A stretch of 64,000 nt of DNA from an uncultured beta proteobacterium. Its GTDB lineage: Bacteria > Pseudomonadota > Gammaproteobacteria > Burkholderiales > Burkholderiaceae_C. The stretch lies in the NCBI GenBank assembly GCA_963761295.1, contig CAVXGG010000017.1:103057-167056 (forward strand), in the 5' to 3' direction. The position numbers and the translations under genes were made by a program. The notes below the pieces were generated by a model. That model had not been told where the DNA came from, ran no database searches, and worked only from the letters and a program-made list of their open reading frames with translations. The first letter of the stretch is position 1; every line of letters begins with the position of its first letter. Below, piece after piece: positions 48,430 through 58,932 of the stretch.

Positions 48430-50088
48430 TCAGCGCACGGTGGCCAATCCGAGTTCGCGAACGCGCTCGACGTGCGCGAGCAGCGAGCGCATCGCGACCG
48501 GCCAAAGCCGCGGCGAGCACGTCGTCGTACACGCGCTCGACCCACTGCTGCATGCTGCCTTCGGGCAAGCGCCTGCATCGCAGCGATCACCTTGGCTTCG
48601 CGCTTCAGCCGGTGCGCCTTCAACTGCGCGATCGTCTGGCGCGCGCGGCCGAGCACATAGCCGTGCGCGGGCAGGATGAATTCGATGTCGTGCGCGTTCG
48701 CAGGCGTCGGTCAGCCGATCCAGCGAATCGAGGTAGCTTGGTCATGTTGCCATCCGGCGGATCGACCACCGTGGTGCTGCCGTTCAGGATGTGGTCGCCC
48801 GAGACCAGCAGGCCGTCTTCCTGCAACACGAGACACAGGTGGTTCGCCGCGTGGCCGGGCGTGAAAATCACCTGCATAGTGTGGTTTTGCGCAGGTCCAG
48901 AAAGCGTGAGCAGCTCTCCATTTTGTAGCGCACGATCGGGCACGAAATGGCTTGCCTTGCGCGCGGTCGGCTCGGACGGCAGACCCAGAATCGGCGGTCG
49001 ATGCCCGGTGCGTTCGCACATCGCCGCCAGCGGCGCCGCACCGGGCGAATGGTCGGCATGCGAATGCGTGCAGACGATGAACCGGATGTCGCCTGCCGCC
49101 GCGCGGTGCAGTCGCTCCAGATGCTCAGGATCGTCTGGCCCCGGGTCGATTGCGACGTAGCCGGTATCAGGCGTGCCGATCAGATAGCTGTTCGTGCCCG
49201 GCCCGGTCATCATGCCGGGGTTCGGCGCGGTCAGACGCAGCACGTTTTTGAACAGCGCGACCGGCTGCTCGCTCTGCCAGTCGAGCGGGTGCAGCAGCTG
49301 GCCGTCGGGGCAGACCAGCTGCAGCTCGCCGTACGCGCTTTCGTGCTCCATGAAGCGCGCTTCCTCGCCTTTGAGGAAACCGGCGCGCGGGCAGCTGATC
49401 CACAGCGGCTGCTCGTGCTTGCAGGCTGGCCAGCAGCGCATCGACCGTCGCGTGCACGCGCGATGCGCTCCAGCGTGCGCAGGGTCGGGAAGATCATTGG
49501 AAAGGTGCCGGCCGCGTGCCGGTCGAGCGCGGCTTGCGGGCGCACCCAGACGGGTTCGAACTGCTCCTGGTCATCGGCCACCGGCGTCCTGGCCTGGCGG
49601 CATGCGCGCGACCAGAAACGGCACGTCGAAGCGCTTGGGCAGATCGCGGTCGGTGCTCCAGTGCGCAAGCAGGAACACGGCGTCTGCCGCCAGCGTCAGG
49701 CCGCGCGCCCGGCATTGCTCGAAGAACGGGCCGGCGCGGTCCATTGCGGCGATGTCGGCCGCATCTGCGAAGCGGCCGTCCGCCCGGCGCGCGAGCAGGA
49801 TGCCGAGCTCCTCGAAGCTTTCGCGGATCGCAGCGATCGCCTGGGTGCAGCTGCAGCTCGGACTGGCCGGGGCGGCGCCGCGGTCTGGGCGTGTGCGGCT
49901 GCATCCTGCGGGTCGATCGCACCGCCCGGAAACACGTAGGCGCCGGGCGCGAAGCTGGCCTCGGTCGATCGGCGCGTCATCAGCACTTCGACGCCTTGCA
50001 AGCCATCGCGCAGCAGCATCACGGTGGCGGCGGGTTTCAGGGGCGCGGGTTCGCGCTGGGGATGCAGCAGTTGGGATGGGCGGGGCAT
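48430..50088 (-). CDS. NUDIX-like N-terminal domain fused to an MBL-fold metallo-hydrolase domain (one roughly 550-codon gene); at least 5 frame breaks
   Basis: - ATG 50088: 'MPRPSQLLHPQREPAPLKPAATVMLLRDGLQGVEVLMTRRSTEASFAPGAYVFPGGAIDPQDAAAH' (ORF 49696..50892).
- ORF 49231..49668: 'DQEQFEPVWVRPQAALDRHAAGTFPMIFPTLRTLERI'.
- ORF 48620..49441: 'EQPLWISCPRAGFLKGEEARFMEHESAYGELQLVCPDGQLLHPLDW...NPGMMTGPGTNSYLIGTPDTGYVAIDPGPDDPEHLERL...FIVCTHSHADHSPGA...TPGHAANHLCL'.
- ORF 48243..48656 head: 'LGRARQTIAQLKAHRLKREAKVIAAMQ'.
- Own translation of the end: '...VRELGLATVR*' (stop 48430-48432). Confidence 0.7.
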
Positions 50089-50272
50089 GCTGCGTATTAT
50101 CGGCAGCGTCGCCTGAGCGGGCGGACGCGCGGCTGGGTTGCGGACCGATGATGCCGGTTTAAGCGACTTGTGGGCACTGCCGTCGCCGCATCCGCTCTCG
50201 GCGTTACGGCGCGCGGTTGATTTTGCATTCCTCTGGTTTGCCCCTCTCTTTCCCTCCGGAAAGCCTGTCTCC

Positions 50273-51513
50273 ATGCCTGTCAATCTTTCCCCGCCCGACC
50301 CCGCCGCGCTGCACCCCATCGCGCGGCGTGCGCATCGGCGTCGCCGAAGCCGGCATCCGCAAGGCCGAACCGCAAGGACCTGACCGTGTTCGCGTTCGAC
50401 GAAGGGAGCTGGCGTGGCCGGCGTGTTCACGCAGAACCGCTTTTGCGCGGCGCCGGTGCAGGTCTGCCGCGAGCATCTGGCAGCGGACCTCGGCATCCGC
50501 GCGATGGTGATCAACACCGGCAATGCGAACGCGGGCACCGGCGACGAGGGCCTGGCGCGCACGCAAGGCGACCTGCATCGCGACTGGCGCAGCAGCTCGA
50601 CCTGGCGCCCGAACAGGTGCTGCCGTTTTCCACCGGCGTCATCATGGAGCCGCTGCCGCTCGACCGGATTCAGGCCGGGCCTGCCGGCGGCGATCGACGA
50701 CCTGCAGGCCGACCACTGGGCGCGTGCGGCCGAAGCGATCATGACGACCGACACGGTGGCCAAGGCGTTCAGCACGCGAGCTGCAGGTCGGTGGTGCGCA
50801 AGGTGCAGTGCGACCGGCATCGCCAAGGGCGCCGGCATGATCCATCCGAACATGGCGACGATGCTCGGCTTTCTCGCGACCGATGCATGCATCGACGCGG
50901 CACTGCTGCCTGCGCTTGCAAAGCGAGCTCGCCGACGCCTCGTTCAACCGCGTGACGATCGACGGCGACACGTCGACCAACGATTCGTTCATCCTGATCG
51001 CGACGAACAAGGCGGGGCACGCGCCGATCCGGTCGTTGCAGAGCGCGGAAGGTCAGGCGCTGATCGAGGCGCTGCAGCAGGTCGCGCAGCAGCTCGCGCA
51101 GGCGATCGTGCGCGACGGCGAGGGCGCGACCAAGTTCATCACGATCCGCGTGGAAGGTGGCAAGGCGGTCGACGAATGCCTGAAGGTGGGTTTTGCGATC
51201 GCGCATTCGCCGCTCGTGAAAGACCGCGTTTTTCGCAAGCGACCCGAACCTCGGGCGCATCCTGGCGGCGGTCGGCTATGCGGGCATCGACGACCTCGAC
51301 CAGACCAAGATCGATCTGTTCCTGGACGACGTGCACGTGGTGGCCGGCGGCGGGCGCCGGCCCGAATACCGCGAAGAGCAAGGCCAGCGCGTGCTGAAGC
51401 AGGCCGAGATCACGGTGCGGGTGCTGCTCGGCCGCGGCGACGCGAGCGACACGGTCTGGACCTGCGACCTGAGCCACGACTACGTGTCGATCAACGCGGA
51501 CTACCGGTCATGA
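50273..51513 (+). CDS. argJ: Bifunctional glutamate N-acetyltransferase / amino-acid acetyltransferase ArgJ; at least 5 frame breaks
   Basis: - ATG 50273: '[17 protein letters not shown]'.
- ORF 50414..51397: '[51 protein letters not shown]' and '[26 protein letters not shown]' (the autoprocessing ATML site).
- Head of ORF 50883..52391: '[28 protein letters not shown]...[38 protein letters not shown]'.
- ORF 51331..51513: '...[20 protein letters not shown]'. Confidence 0.88.
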
Positions 51514-52391
51514 ACGAACAGTTCGAACGCCTGATGGCGCGCGCGGAGAGCCTGCTCGCGCGGATCGAGAACGTGCTGCCGCAGCCGCTGACCGCGCCCG
51601 ACTGGAATGCATCGATCGCGTACCGGTATCGCAAGCGCAGCTCGGGCCACGGCAGCCTGGAGCCGGTGCGGCACGTGGCCGACCTGCGGCTGGATGCGCT
51701 GAAGGAAGTCGACATCCAGAAGGAGAAGATCCGGCTCAACACCGAACATTTCGTGGACGGCCTGCCGGCCAACAACGTGCTGCTGACCGGCGCGCGCGGC
51801 ACCGGCAAATCGTCGCTGATCAAGGCCTGCCTGAACGAATTTGCCGAGCGAGGCCTGCGCCTGATCGAAGTCGACAAGGGCGACTTGGTGGACCTGCCCG
51901 ACATCGTCGACGTGGTGGCGGACCGACCCGAGAAATTCATCGTGTTCTGCGACGACCTGAGCTTCGACGAAGGCGAGCCCGGCTACAAGGCGCTGAAGTC
52001 GACCCTGGACGGGTCGATAGCGGCCGCCACGCCGAACGTGCTGATCTATGCGACCAGCAACCGGCGCCATCTGCTGCCCGAGTACATGAAGGAAAACCTG
52101 AGCTACCAGCACACCGAGGACGGCGAGGTGCATCCGGGCGAGGTGGTCGAAGAGAAGATTTCGCTGTCGGAACGCTTCGGCCTGTGGGTCAGCTTCTATC
52201 CGTTCACGCAGGATGAGTACCTGACGATCGCAGCGCAGTGGTTGTCGTCGTTCGGCGTTGACCCGCAGGCGATCGACGCCGCGCGGCCCGAGGCGCTGGT
52301 CTGGGCGCTGGAGCGAGGCTCGCGCAGCGGCCGGGTGGCCTACCAGTTCGCACGCGACCATGCGGGTCGGCACGGCAAGCGGGAAAGCTGA
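51510..52391 (+). CDS. ATP-binding protein, DUF815 (AAA-like) family
   Basis: In frame within ORF 50883..52391 from ATG 51510 (ATGA overlap with the argJ stop): '[24 protein letters not shown]...[24 protein letters not shown]...[27 protein letters not shown]...[16 protein letters not shown]'. Uninterrupted. Confidence 0.8.
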   Translation: MNEQFERLMARAESLLARIENVLPQPLTAPDWNASIAYRYRKRSSGHGSLEPVRHVADLRLDALKEVDIQKEKIRLNTEHFVDGLPANNVLLTGARGTGKSSLIKACLNEFAERGLRLIEVDKGDLVDLPDIVDVVADRPEKFIVFCDDLSFDEGEPGYKALKSTLDGSIAAATPNVLIYATSNRRHLLPEYMKENLSYQHTEDGEVHPGEVVEEKISLSERFGLWVSFYPFTQDEYLTIAAQWLSSFGVDPQAIDAARPEALVWALERGSRSGRVAYQFARDHAGRHGKRES

Positions 52392-52418
52392 AGGCAGCCG
52401 ACGGCGCCGTCTTCCGCC

Positions 52419-52899
52419 GTGCTGGTGGCCGATGCGGATCGGCCACGGAGCGTCGGCCGACAGCACGGCGGGCCCGACCGCCGCGTGGTCGAGGTCGCGG
52501 TCGGTGTGCTGATCGCGCCGAACGGCGACTTCCTGCTGACGTCCCGCCCGGCCGGCAAGGTCTATGCGGGTTATTGGGAATTTCCGGGCGGCAAGATCGA
52601 AGCGCGGTGAATCGGTCGAGCAGGCGCTGGCGCGCGAACTGCACGAGGAACTCGGCATCACGGTCAAAGCCGTCACGCGCTGGAAAACCGAGATGGTCGA
52701 CTACCCGCATGCGCTGGTGCGGCTGCATTTCTGCAAGGTGTTCGACTGGCGCGGCGAGCTGCAGATGCGCGAAGGCCAGCGCTGCGGCCTGGCAGCGGCT
52801 GCCGGTCGCAGGTGGCGCCGGTGCTGGTCGGGACGATGCCGGTGCTGCGACTGGCTGGCCGAGGAGCGAGGCTTCGTCGGCGCCGCGCTCATCGATTAA
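52419..52899 (+). CDS. mutT: NUDIX hydrolase (MutT-like 8-oxo-dGTP diphosphatase); at least 3 frame breaks, start uncertain
   Basis: ORF 52419..52610: 'VVEVAVGVLIAPNGDFLLTSRPAGKVYAGYWEFPGGKIEA'. ORF 52564..52899: 'GESVEQALARELHEELGITV...YPHALVRLHFCKVFDWRGELQMREGQ' and '...DWLAEERGF'. The Nudix box G-x5-E-x7-REL-x-EE-x-G is split by the first break. The position between the DUF815 gene and yacG fits the conserved mutT locus. Confidence 0.7.
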
Positions 52900-52949
52900 C
52901 GACTGCGGTCACATGGGCTGCGCGGCGATTCGGCCGCAGATCTGCACCG

Positions 52950-53179
52950 CTACGGCTGCTCTTTCGGATCGCCGTGCGGGATGTCGTCCGGCGGCGCATC
53001 GGCGGCCACGCGGAATTGCTCGCTCGACCACGCGCCGAAGTCGATGTTCTTGCAGCGCTGCGCTGCAAAACGGGCGGTACGGGATTGCGCGGGCTGTAGA
53101 GGCTCGGTCCGCCGCAGGCCGGGCAGGCCACCTGCCGCTCGACGGGCGCACTGGCACTTGGCTCGGGCACGGATGACAT
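52950..53179 (-). CDS. yacG: DNA gyrase inhibitor YacG (zinc-finger protein); one frame break
   Basis: ATG 53179: 'MSSVPEPSASAPVERQVACPACGGPSLYSPRNP' (ORF 52889..53239). It continues in the tail of ORF 52950..53696: 'RFAAQRCKNIDFGAWSSEQFRVAADAPPDDIPHGDPKEQP*'. Confidence 0.8.
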
Positions 53180-53235
53180 GTGAACGAGGATCGTGTCGTT
53201 GCAGGCACCGGCGTCCGCGAGTCGCGCCACCGTTT

Positions 53236-53991
53236 TCACGAGCAGAGCGCCAACTCCATCGGCACGTCGTCCTCGCTTTGCTGCAGGCGGCCGTCTTCCA
53301 GTTGCGCACCAGCCGGATCGAGACGATCAGCCGGTTGCCGCTGGTCTCGGGGATCAGCCCGAGTTCGGAGTCGATCAGGATGCGCGCGAGCTGGAACACG
53401 CGGCCCAGCGGCAGGTGCTGCTGGAACTGGCCTTTCTCGGCCATGATCTTCTGCGGGTTGCTCTGGTCGCGCAGCAGCTTCATCAAGACGAAGATCGACT
53501 CGGCCAGCGGCGCCAGGCTCGACGCCCATTCCTCGATCTGTTCGCGCCGCACCGCGCCGCTCTTGTGCTGCCAGGCGTAGTACGCGGGCAGATCGAACCC
53601 GCAGGCGCCGCCGGGGATGCTGACGCGGCTGCGAATGCTCATCAGCCAGTCGTTTTCGGTCAGCGACTGGCCGGCCTTGCCGGGCTGCGCGTTCAACGCC
53701 TCGAAGCAGCGCGTCGAGCTGTGCGATCACGGTGTCGAGCACCTCATGCGCAACGTCGGGGCTGCTGCGGAACGCGTCGAGCGCCTGGCGCTGCTTGTCC
53801 AGGTCTTTCATCACGTCCGACTTCAGGTCGGCGCGCGCGGCCACGTCCATCACTTCGAAGATCGTGACGAGCGCGAAGTGATGGTCGAGCGGGTGCTCGC
53901 GCGGCACCAGTTCGGCGAGCCGGCGCAGCAGGTGCTCGAGCCGCAGATAGGTGCGGATGCGTTCGTTGAACGGGTATTCGTAGAGGATCAC
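53236..53991 (-). CDS. zapD: Cell division protein ZapD; about 2 frame breaks
   Basis: - GTG 53991: 'VILYEYPFNERIRTYLRLEHLLRRLAELVPREHPLDHHFALVTIFEVMDVAARADLKSDVMKDLDKQRQALDAFRSSPDV' (ORF 53236..54216).
- ORF 52950..53696: 'KAGQSLTENDWLMSIRSRVSIPGGACGFDLPAYYAWQHKSGAVRREQIEEWASSLAPLAESIFVLMKLLRDQSNPQKIMAEKGQFQQHLPLGRVFQLARILIDSELGLIPETSGNRLIVSIRL'.
- End: 'DGRLQQSEDDVPMELALCS*'. Confidence 0.85.
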   Translation of the reverse strand: MILYEYPFNERIRTYLRLEHLLRRLAELVPREHPLDHHFALVTIFEVMDVAARADLKSDVMKDLDKQRQALDAFRSSPDVAHEVLDTVIAQLDALLRGVERAARQGRPVADRKRLADEHSQPRQHPRRRLRVRSARVLRLAAQERRGAARTDRGMGVEPGAAGRVDLRLDEAAARPEQPAEDHGRERPVPAAPAAGPRVPARAHPDRLRTRADPRDQRQPADRLDPAGAQLEDGRLQQSEDDVPMELALCS

Positions 53992-54151
53992 GCTAGAAGG
54001 TCGTTTTCCCGAAATCGGGCAAGAAAAATGGGGAGGCGGGCAGTGACGCGCAGGGCGGAAAAAGCCGATGTATTCAGCGCACTCGGTTGCGCGGGCAATC
54101 CATGCGAACCTGTGCCCAGACCGAGGCGTGTGCGCAGGTCTGGGCCGCAAA

Positions 54152-54757
54152 TCATAGCCCGAACGACTCGGCCGCCTGTGTGACGGTTTGTGCCAGCTGC
54201 TCGAGCGACACGCCATCGTTGTAGATCACGACGTCGGCCGCGGCCAGCCGCTGTTCGCGCGTGGCCTGGGAGGCGATGATCGATTCGCACCGCGGCGCGC
54301 GGCAGGCCGTTGCGCTGCATGACGCGCGCGATCTGGGTCTCCGTTCGAGCAGTCGCAGACCCAGACCGCATCGACCTGCGCGGCCCAGCGTGCGCCGGAC
54401 TCGACCAGCAGCGGAATGTCGAACACGACGCAGCGCGCGCCGGCAGCGAGCGCGGCTGCAGTCTGCGCGCGCGATCTCCGCGCCGACCAGCGGATGGACG
54501 ATGGCCTCGAGCCGGGCGCGTGCCGAGCCGTCTTCGAACACCAGCGCGCGCATGCGGTCGCGGTCGAGTGCGCCGTTCGCATCGATGAACGGCGCACCGA
54601 ACTGCGGCGCGGATCGGCTCGATTGCCGCGCCGCCGGCAGCGGTCGCGCGCGCGAGATCGCATCGGCGTCGATCAGCACCGCGCCGAGCGTGCCGAGCAC
54701 GCGCGCCACCGTGCTCTTGCCGCTGCCGATGCCGCCGGTGAGGCCGATGCGCCGCAC
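54152..54757 (-). CDS. coaE: Dephospho-CoA kinase; about 3 frame breaks
   Basis: ORF 54152..54757: 'MRRIGLTGGIGSGKSTVARVLGTLGAVLIDADAISR' ... 'FIDANGALDRDRMRALVFEDGSARARLEAIVHPLVGAEIA' ... 'IIASQATREQRLAAADVVIYNDGVSLEQLAQTVTQAAESFGL'. ORF 54226..54663 supplies 'CVVFDIPLLVESGARW'. Confidence 0.85.
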   Translation of the reverse strand: MRRIGLTGGIGSGKSTVARVLGTLGAVLIDADAISRARPLPAARQSSRSAPQFGAPFIDANGALDRDRMRALVFEDGSARARLEAIVHPLVGAEIARADCSRARCRRALRRVRHSAAGRVRRTLGRAGRCGLGLRLLERRPRSRASCSATACRAPRCESIIASQATREQRLAAADVVIYNDGVSLEQLAQTVTQAAESFGL

Positions 54758-54762
54758 GCGCC

Positions 54763-55637
54763 TTACAAGCCCACCGCGTGCAGGATCGACTGCGGGCCGA
54801 ACACCATCGCGGTCAAGCCGGCGCCGGCCAGAAACGGCCCGAACGGCACATAGCCGCCTTCGCGCAGGGAGCTCGCGAACTTCATCGCGATGCCGACGAT
54901 GGCGCCGATCACCGACGCCATCAGAATGATCGGCACCAGCGCCTGCCAGCCGAACCAGGCACCGAGCGCGGCAAACAGCTTGAAGTCGCCGTAGCCCATG
55001 CCTTCCTTGCCGGTCACGAGCTTGAACGCCCAGTAGACGAGCCAGAGCGACAGATAGCCGCCGACCGCACCGAGCACCGCAGTCGTTCAGCGTGATCGGC
55101 GGTCAGCTCGAACGCGGCCGCGAGCAGGCCGGCCCAGACCAGCGGCAAGCGTCATGTCGTCGGGCAGCAGCGTGGTGTCCCAGTCGATCAGCGCCAGCGC
55201 CAGCACCACCGCGGAAAACGCGCACCAGGCCAGCCCGGTCGCGGTCGCGCCCCAGTGCCAGAAGCAGAAGAAAAACAGCGCGCCGGTCAGCACTTCGACG
55301 GCCGGATAGCGCGCGCTGATGCGGGCGCCGCAGGACGAGCATTTGCCGCGCAGCAGCGCATAGCTGAGCAGCGGGATGTTCTCGTACCAGCGAATCTGGT
55401 GGCCGCAGTGCTGGCAGGCCGAGCGCGGCACCAGCAGGTTGAAGCTGGGTTCCGGCGTCGGCGCTCGGCGCGATCGGCTCGACGGCAGCCGGTTGGCTCG
55501 TGTATTCGGCGCATTCGGCTGCCCACTGCCGCTCCATCATCTTCGGCAGCCGATAGATCACCACGTTCAGGAAGCTGCCGATCAGCAGACCCAGAAGCGC
55601 CGCCAATGCCGGCCTCGATCCAGCGCAATCCTTCCAT
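54763..55637 (-). CDS. pilD: Prepilin peptidase / N-methyltransferase PilD (A24 family); at least 3 frame breaks
   Basis: - ORF 55103..55606: '[34 protein letters not shown]'.
- ORF 55087..55431: '[60 protein letters not shown]...[17 protein letters not shown]'.
- ORF 54763..55077: '[61 protein letters not shown]...[11 protein letters not shown]'. Confidence 0.85.
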
Positions 55638-56855
55638 CAGACCACCTGACCCAGCTTGAAGATCGGCAGGTACATCGACACCACGATGCCGCCGATCAGG
55701 CCGCCCAGGATCACGATGATGATCGGCTCCATCAGGCTAGACAAGCCGGCCACCATGTCGTCGACTTCGGATTCGTAGAAGTCGGCCGCCTTGCCGAGCA
55801 TGTGGTCGATCGAGCCGGACTCTTCGCCGATCGCGCACATCTGCAGCACCATCGACGGAAACAGGTTCGCATTGCTCATCGCAGCCGTGAGGCTCGTGCC
55901 GGTGGAGACTTCCTGCTGGATTTTCTCGGTGGCTTTGGCATACAGCGAATTGCCCGACGCGCCGCCGACCGAGTCGAGCGCTTCGACCAGCGGCACGCCG
56001 GCGGCGAACATCGTCGACAGCGTGCGCGTCCAGCGCGCGATCACGGATTTCTCGATCAGCGCGCCGAAGATCGGAATCTTCAGCAGCAGCCGGTCCATGA
56101 CCATCTGCACCTTCTCGCTGCGCCGCCAGGCCTGCATGAAGAAGTACAGACCGCCGCCGATGCCGCCGAAGATCAGCCACCACCACTGCGACGAAGAACT
56201 CGCTCATCGCGATCACGAACAGCGTGGGCGCCGGCAGGTCCGCACCGAACGAGCTGAACACTTCCTTGAACGCCGGGATCACGAAGATCATGATGACCGC
56301 GACCACCACGAACGCGACCACGATCACCGAGATCGGATACATCAGCGCCGACTTGATCTTCGACTTGATGGCCTCGGTCTTTTCCATGTAGACCGCCAGG
56401 CGGTCGAGCAGCGCTTCCAGAATACCGGCGGCCTCGCCGGCTTCGACCAGGTTGCAGTAGAGGTTGTCGAAGTAGCGCGGATGCTTGCGGAACGCCGCCG
56501 ACAGCGAGGTGCCGGTTTCCACGTCGCCGCGGATCTCGTTGAGCAGCTTGGTCACGCTGCCGTTTGCGTTGCCGCGGCCGACGATGTCGAAGGCCTGCAG
56601 CAGCGGCACGCCGGCCTTCATCATGGTGGCGAGCTGGCGCGTGAAGATGGCGATGTCCTTGGGCTTGATCGACTTGCCCGAGCGCATGCGGCGCTTCTTG
56701 ATCTTGCTCGGCAGCACGCCCTGGCGGCGCAGTGAGGCCATCACCTGGTTCTCGCCGCCGGCGCGCACCTCGCCGCGCACCTGCTTGCCGTGGCGGTCCT
56801 TGCCTTCCCACTCGAACACGAATTCGGCGATGTTCTTTGATGTTGCTGTGGCCAT
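55637..56855 (-). CDS. pilC: Type IV pilus assembly platform protein PilC; one frame break near 56180
   Basis: ORF 55737..56855: 'MATATSKNIAEFVFEWEGKDRHGKQVRGEVRAGGENQVMASLRRQGVLPSKIKK...FTRQLATMMKAGVPLLQAFDIV...'. ORF 55637..56137: '...WTRTLSTMFAAGVPLVEALDSV...MEPIIIVILGGLIGGIVVSMYLPIFKLGQVV'. Confidence 0.9.
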
Positions 56856-56912
56856 GATGGGTTCGATTGCGAGAAAAAGGTGCGGAGAAAAATTGCGTCG
56901 GAGCTCGCGTGA

Positions 56913-58644
56913 CTACTCGTTCGTGACCGCGAGCACTTCGTCGAGCGAGGTGAATCCGCCCTTGACCTTGTGCAGCCCGGACTGGCGCAGCGAGCGCACG
57001 CCGTCGGCCCTGGCCTGCTTCGCGATGTCGAGCGCGCTGCCGTCGCGCAGGATGATCTGCTGCATCTCTTCGTTGATCGGCATCACCTGGTAGATGCCGA
57101 CCCGGCCCTTGTAGCCGTTGTTGCAGGCCGAGCAGCCGACCGGCGCGTAGGGCACCCAGGAGCCGTCGAGTTCGTCCTCGGTGAAGCCGGACTCGATCAA
57201 CGCGGCATCGGGGATGTCGGCCGGTGTCTTGCATGCAGGGCACAGCCGGCGCGCAAGCCGCTGCGCGGTGATCAGGATCACGCTGGACGCGATGTTGAAC
57301 GGCGCGATGCCCATGTTGCGCATCCGCGTCAGCGTGGTCGGCGCGTCGTTCGTGTGCAGCGTGGACAACACCAGGTGGCCGGTCTGCGCGGCCTTGATCG
57401 AGATGTCGGCGGTCTCCAGATCGCGAATCTCGCCGACCATGATGATGTCCGGGTCCTGCCGCAGGAACGACTTGAGCGCGGCCGCGAACGTGAGGCCGGC
57501 TTTCTCGTTCACGTTCACCTGGTTCACGCCGGGCAGGTTGATTTCGGACGGGTCTTCGGCCGTGGCGATGTTCACGCCCGGCTTGTTCAGCAGGTTCAGG
57601 CAGGTGTAGAGCGAAACCGTCTTGCCGGAGCCGGTCGGGCCGGTCACCAGAATCATGCCGTAGGGCCGGCCGATCGCCTGCAGCAGCCGGGCTTTTTCCT
57701 CCGGCTCGTAGCCAAGCGCCTCGATGCCCATCTGGGCGCTGCTCGGATCCAGAATCCGGATCACGATCTTCTCGCCGAACAGCGTCGGCAGCGTGCTCAC
57801 GCGGAAGTCGATCACGCGGTCCGCGCCGATCTTCATCTTCATGCGGCCGTCTTGCGGAATGCGCTTTTCGGAGATGTCGAGCCGCGAGATCACCTTGATG
57901 CGCGAAGCGAGTTTTTCGCTGAATGCCGATCGGCGGCGAGGCGATTTCGCGCAACTCGCCGTCAATGCGGAAGCGCACGCGGAAGTGGTGCTCGTACGGC
58001 TCGAAGTGCAGGTCGGACGCACGCATCTTGAACGCGTCGAGCAGCATCTTCTGCAGGAAGCGCACGATCGGCGCGTCGTCGACTTCGGCGCGCGGCCGAG
58101 TCGTCCTCGACCGGCGCCTCCATCGTTCGCCACATCGCCGAAATCGAAGTCTTTGCCCGCTGTGCGTGTCGTCCGCGTGGCGGCACCCGCGCCCGCTCAC
58201 CACCCGGATCAGCTTGTCGTATTCGGCAATCACCCAGTCGACGCCCATCTGGGTCGAGAACTTGATCTTCTCGGCCGCTTCGTGGTCGCTCGGGTCGGCG
58301 GTGGCGACGACCAGCCGGTTGTTGCGCTTGGCCAGCGGCAACACGCGGTAGGCCTGGCACAACTTGGCGTCGAGCAGGTCGCGCGGCAGGCGCATCGGGT
58401 CGACCGCGTCAAGGTCCACCAGCGGCGCGGCGAACGCAGCCGACACGGTGTGCGCCAGATCGGCCGGCGAAACCACGCCCGAGCCGGTCAGCTCGGCGAT
58501 GAAGCTGCTGCGCGCGGCCAGGGCTTTGCGGAAAATATCTTCGGCCGACTTTTGCGGCAGTTTGCCGGCGGCAACCAGCGCGCGGCCGAGTCCGGGCAGT
58601 GCAACTGAGGCCGTGTCTTTTGCGAGGGAATCGATGGCGCTCAT
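56913..58644 (-). CDS. pilB: Type IV pilus assembly ATPase PilB; about 3 frame breaks
   Basis: - ATG 58644: '[145 protein letters not shown]' (within ORF 56173..58776).
- '[50 protein letters not shown]'.
- ORF 56913..58133: '[19 protein letters not shown]' (Walker A), '[12 protein letters not shown]', the tetracysteine 'CPACK...[18 protein letters not shown]'. Confidence 0.9.
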
Positions 58645-58790
58645 GGGCAGGACGCTTCGCGCTCCGTGAAGAGGAGCGCCGGCTGTGACGATGCGTTCGA
58701 TCATCGTTGAACAACGCACCCAAGTGGGGTCGAAACCATCACGATTTGGGCTCACGGTGGCGTCAGGACTGGCCACAAGCGTGAAAAATT

Positions 58791-58867
58791 TGGTCGGGGT
58801 GAGAGGATTCGAACCTCCGGCCTCTACGTCCCGAACGTAGCGCTCTACCAGGCTAAGCTACACCCCG
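58791..58867 (-). tRNA. tRNA-Pro (anticodon CGG)
   Basis: The reverse complement reads CGGGGTGTAGCTTAGCCTGGTAGAGCGCTACGTTCGGGACGTAGAGGCCGGAGGTTCGAATCCTCTCACCCCGACCA. I folded it by hand: 7-bp acceptor stem, D arm, anticodon stem CTACG/CGTAG with loop TTCGGGA (CGG), T arm GGAGG-TTCGAAT-CCTCT, and an encoded CCA. Confidence 0.95.
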
Positions 58868-58932
58868 AAAAACGGCGCCAAAGATACGAGATCAAGGCGC
58901 CGCTCGGCAGTCGCTGCAAGGCGGATGGTCGG

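Noticed and set aside
56173-58776. 867-aa minus-strand ORF spanning pilC and pilB
   Set aside because: It is a composite read-through. Only two stretches are in the true PilB frame: roughly the first 190 residues after '[10 protein letters not shown]', and '[17 protein letters not shown]...'. The rest is Arg/Pro/Gly-rich out-of-frame sequence across pilB and pilC. The real genes are recovered from ORFs 56913..58133, 55737..56855 and 55637..56137.
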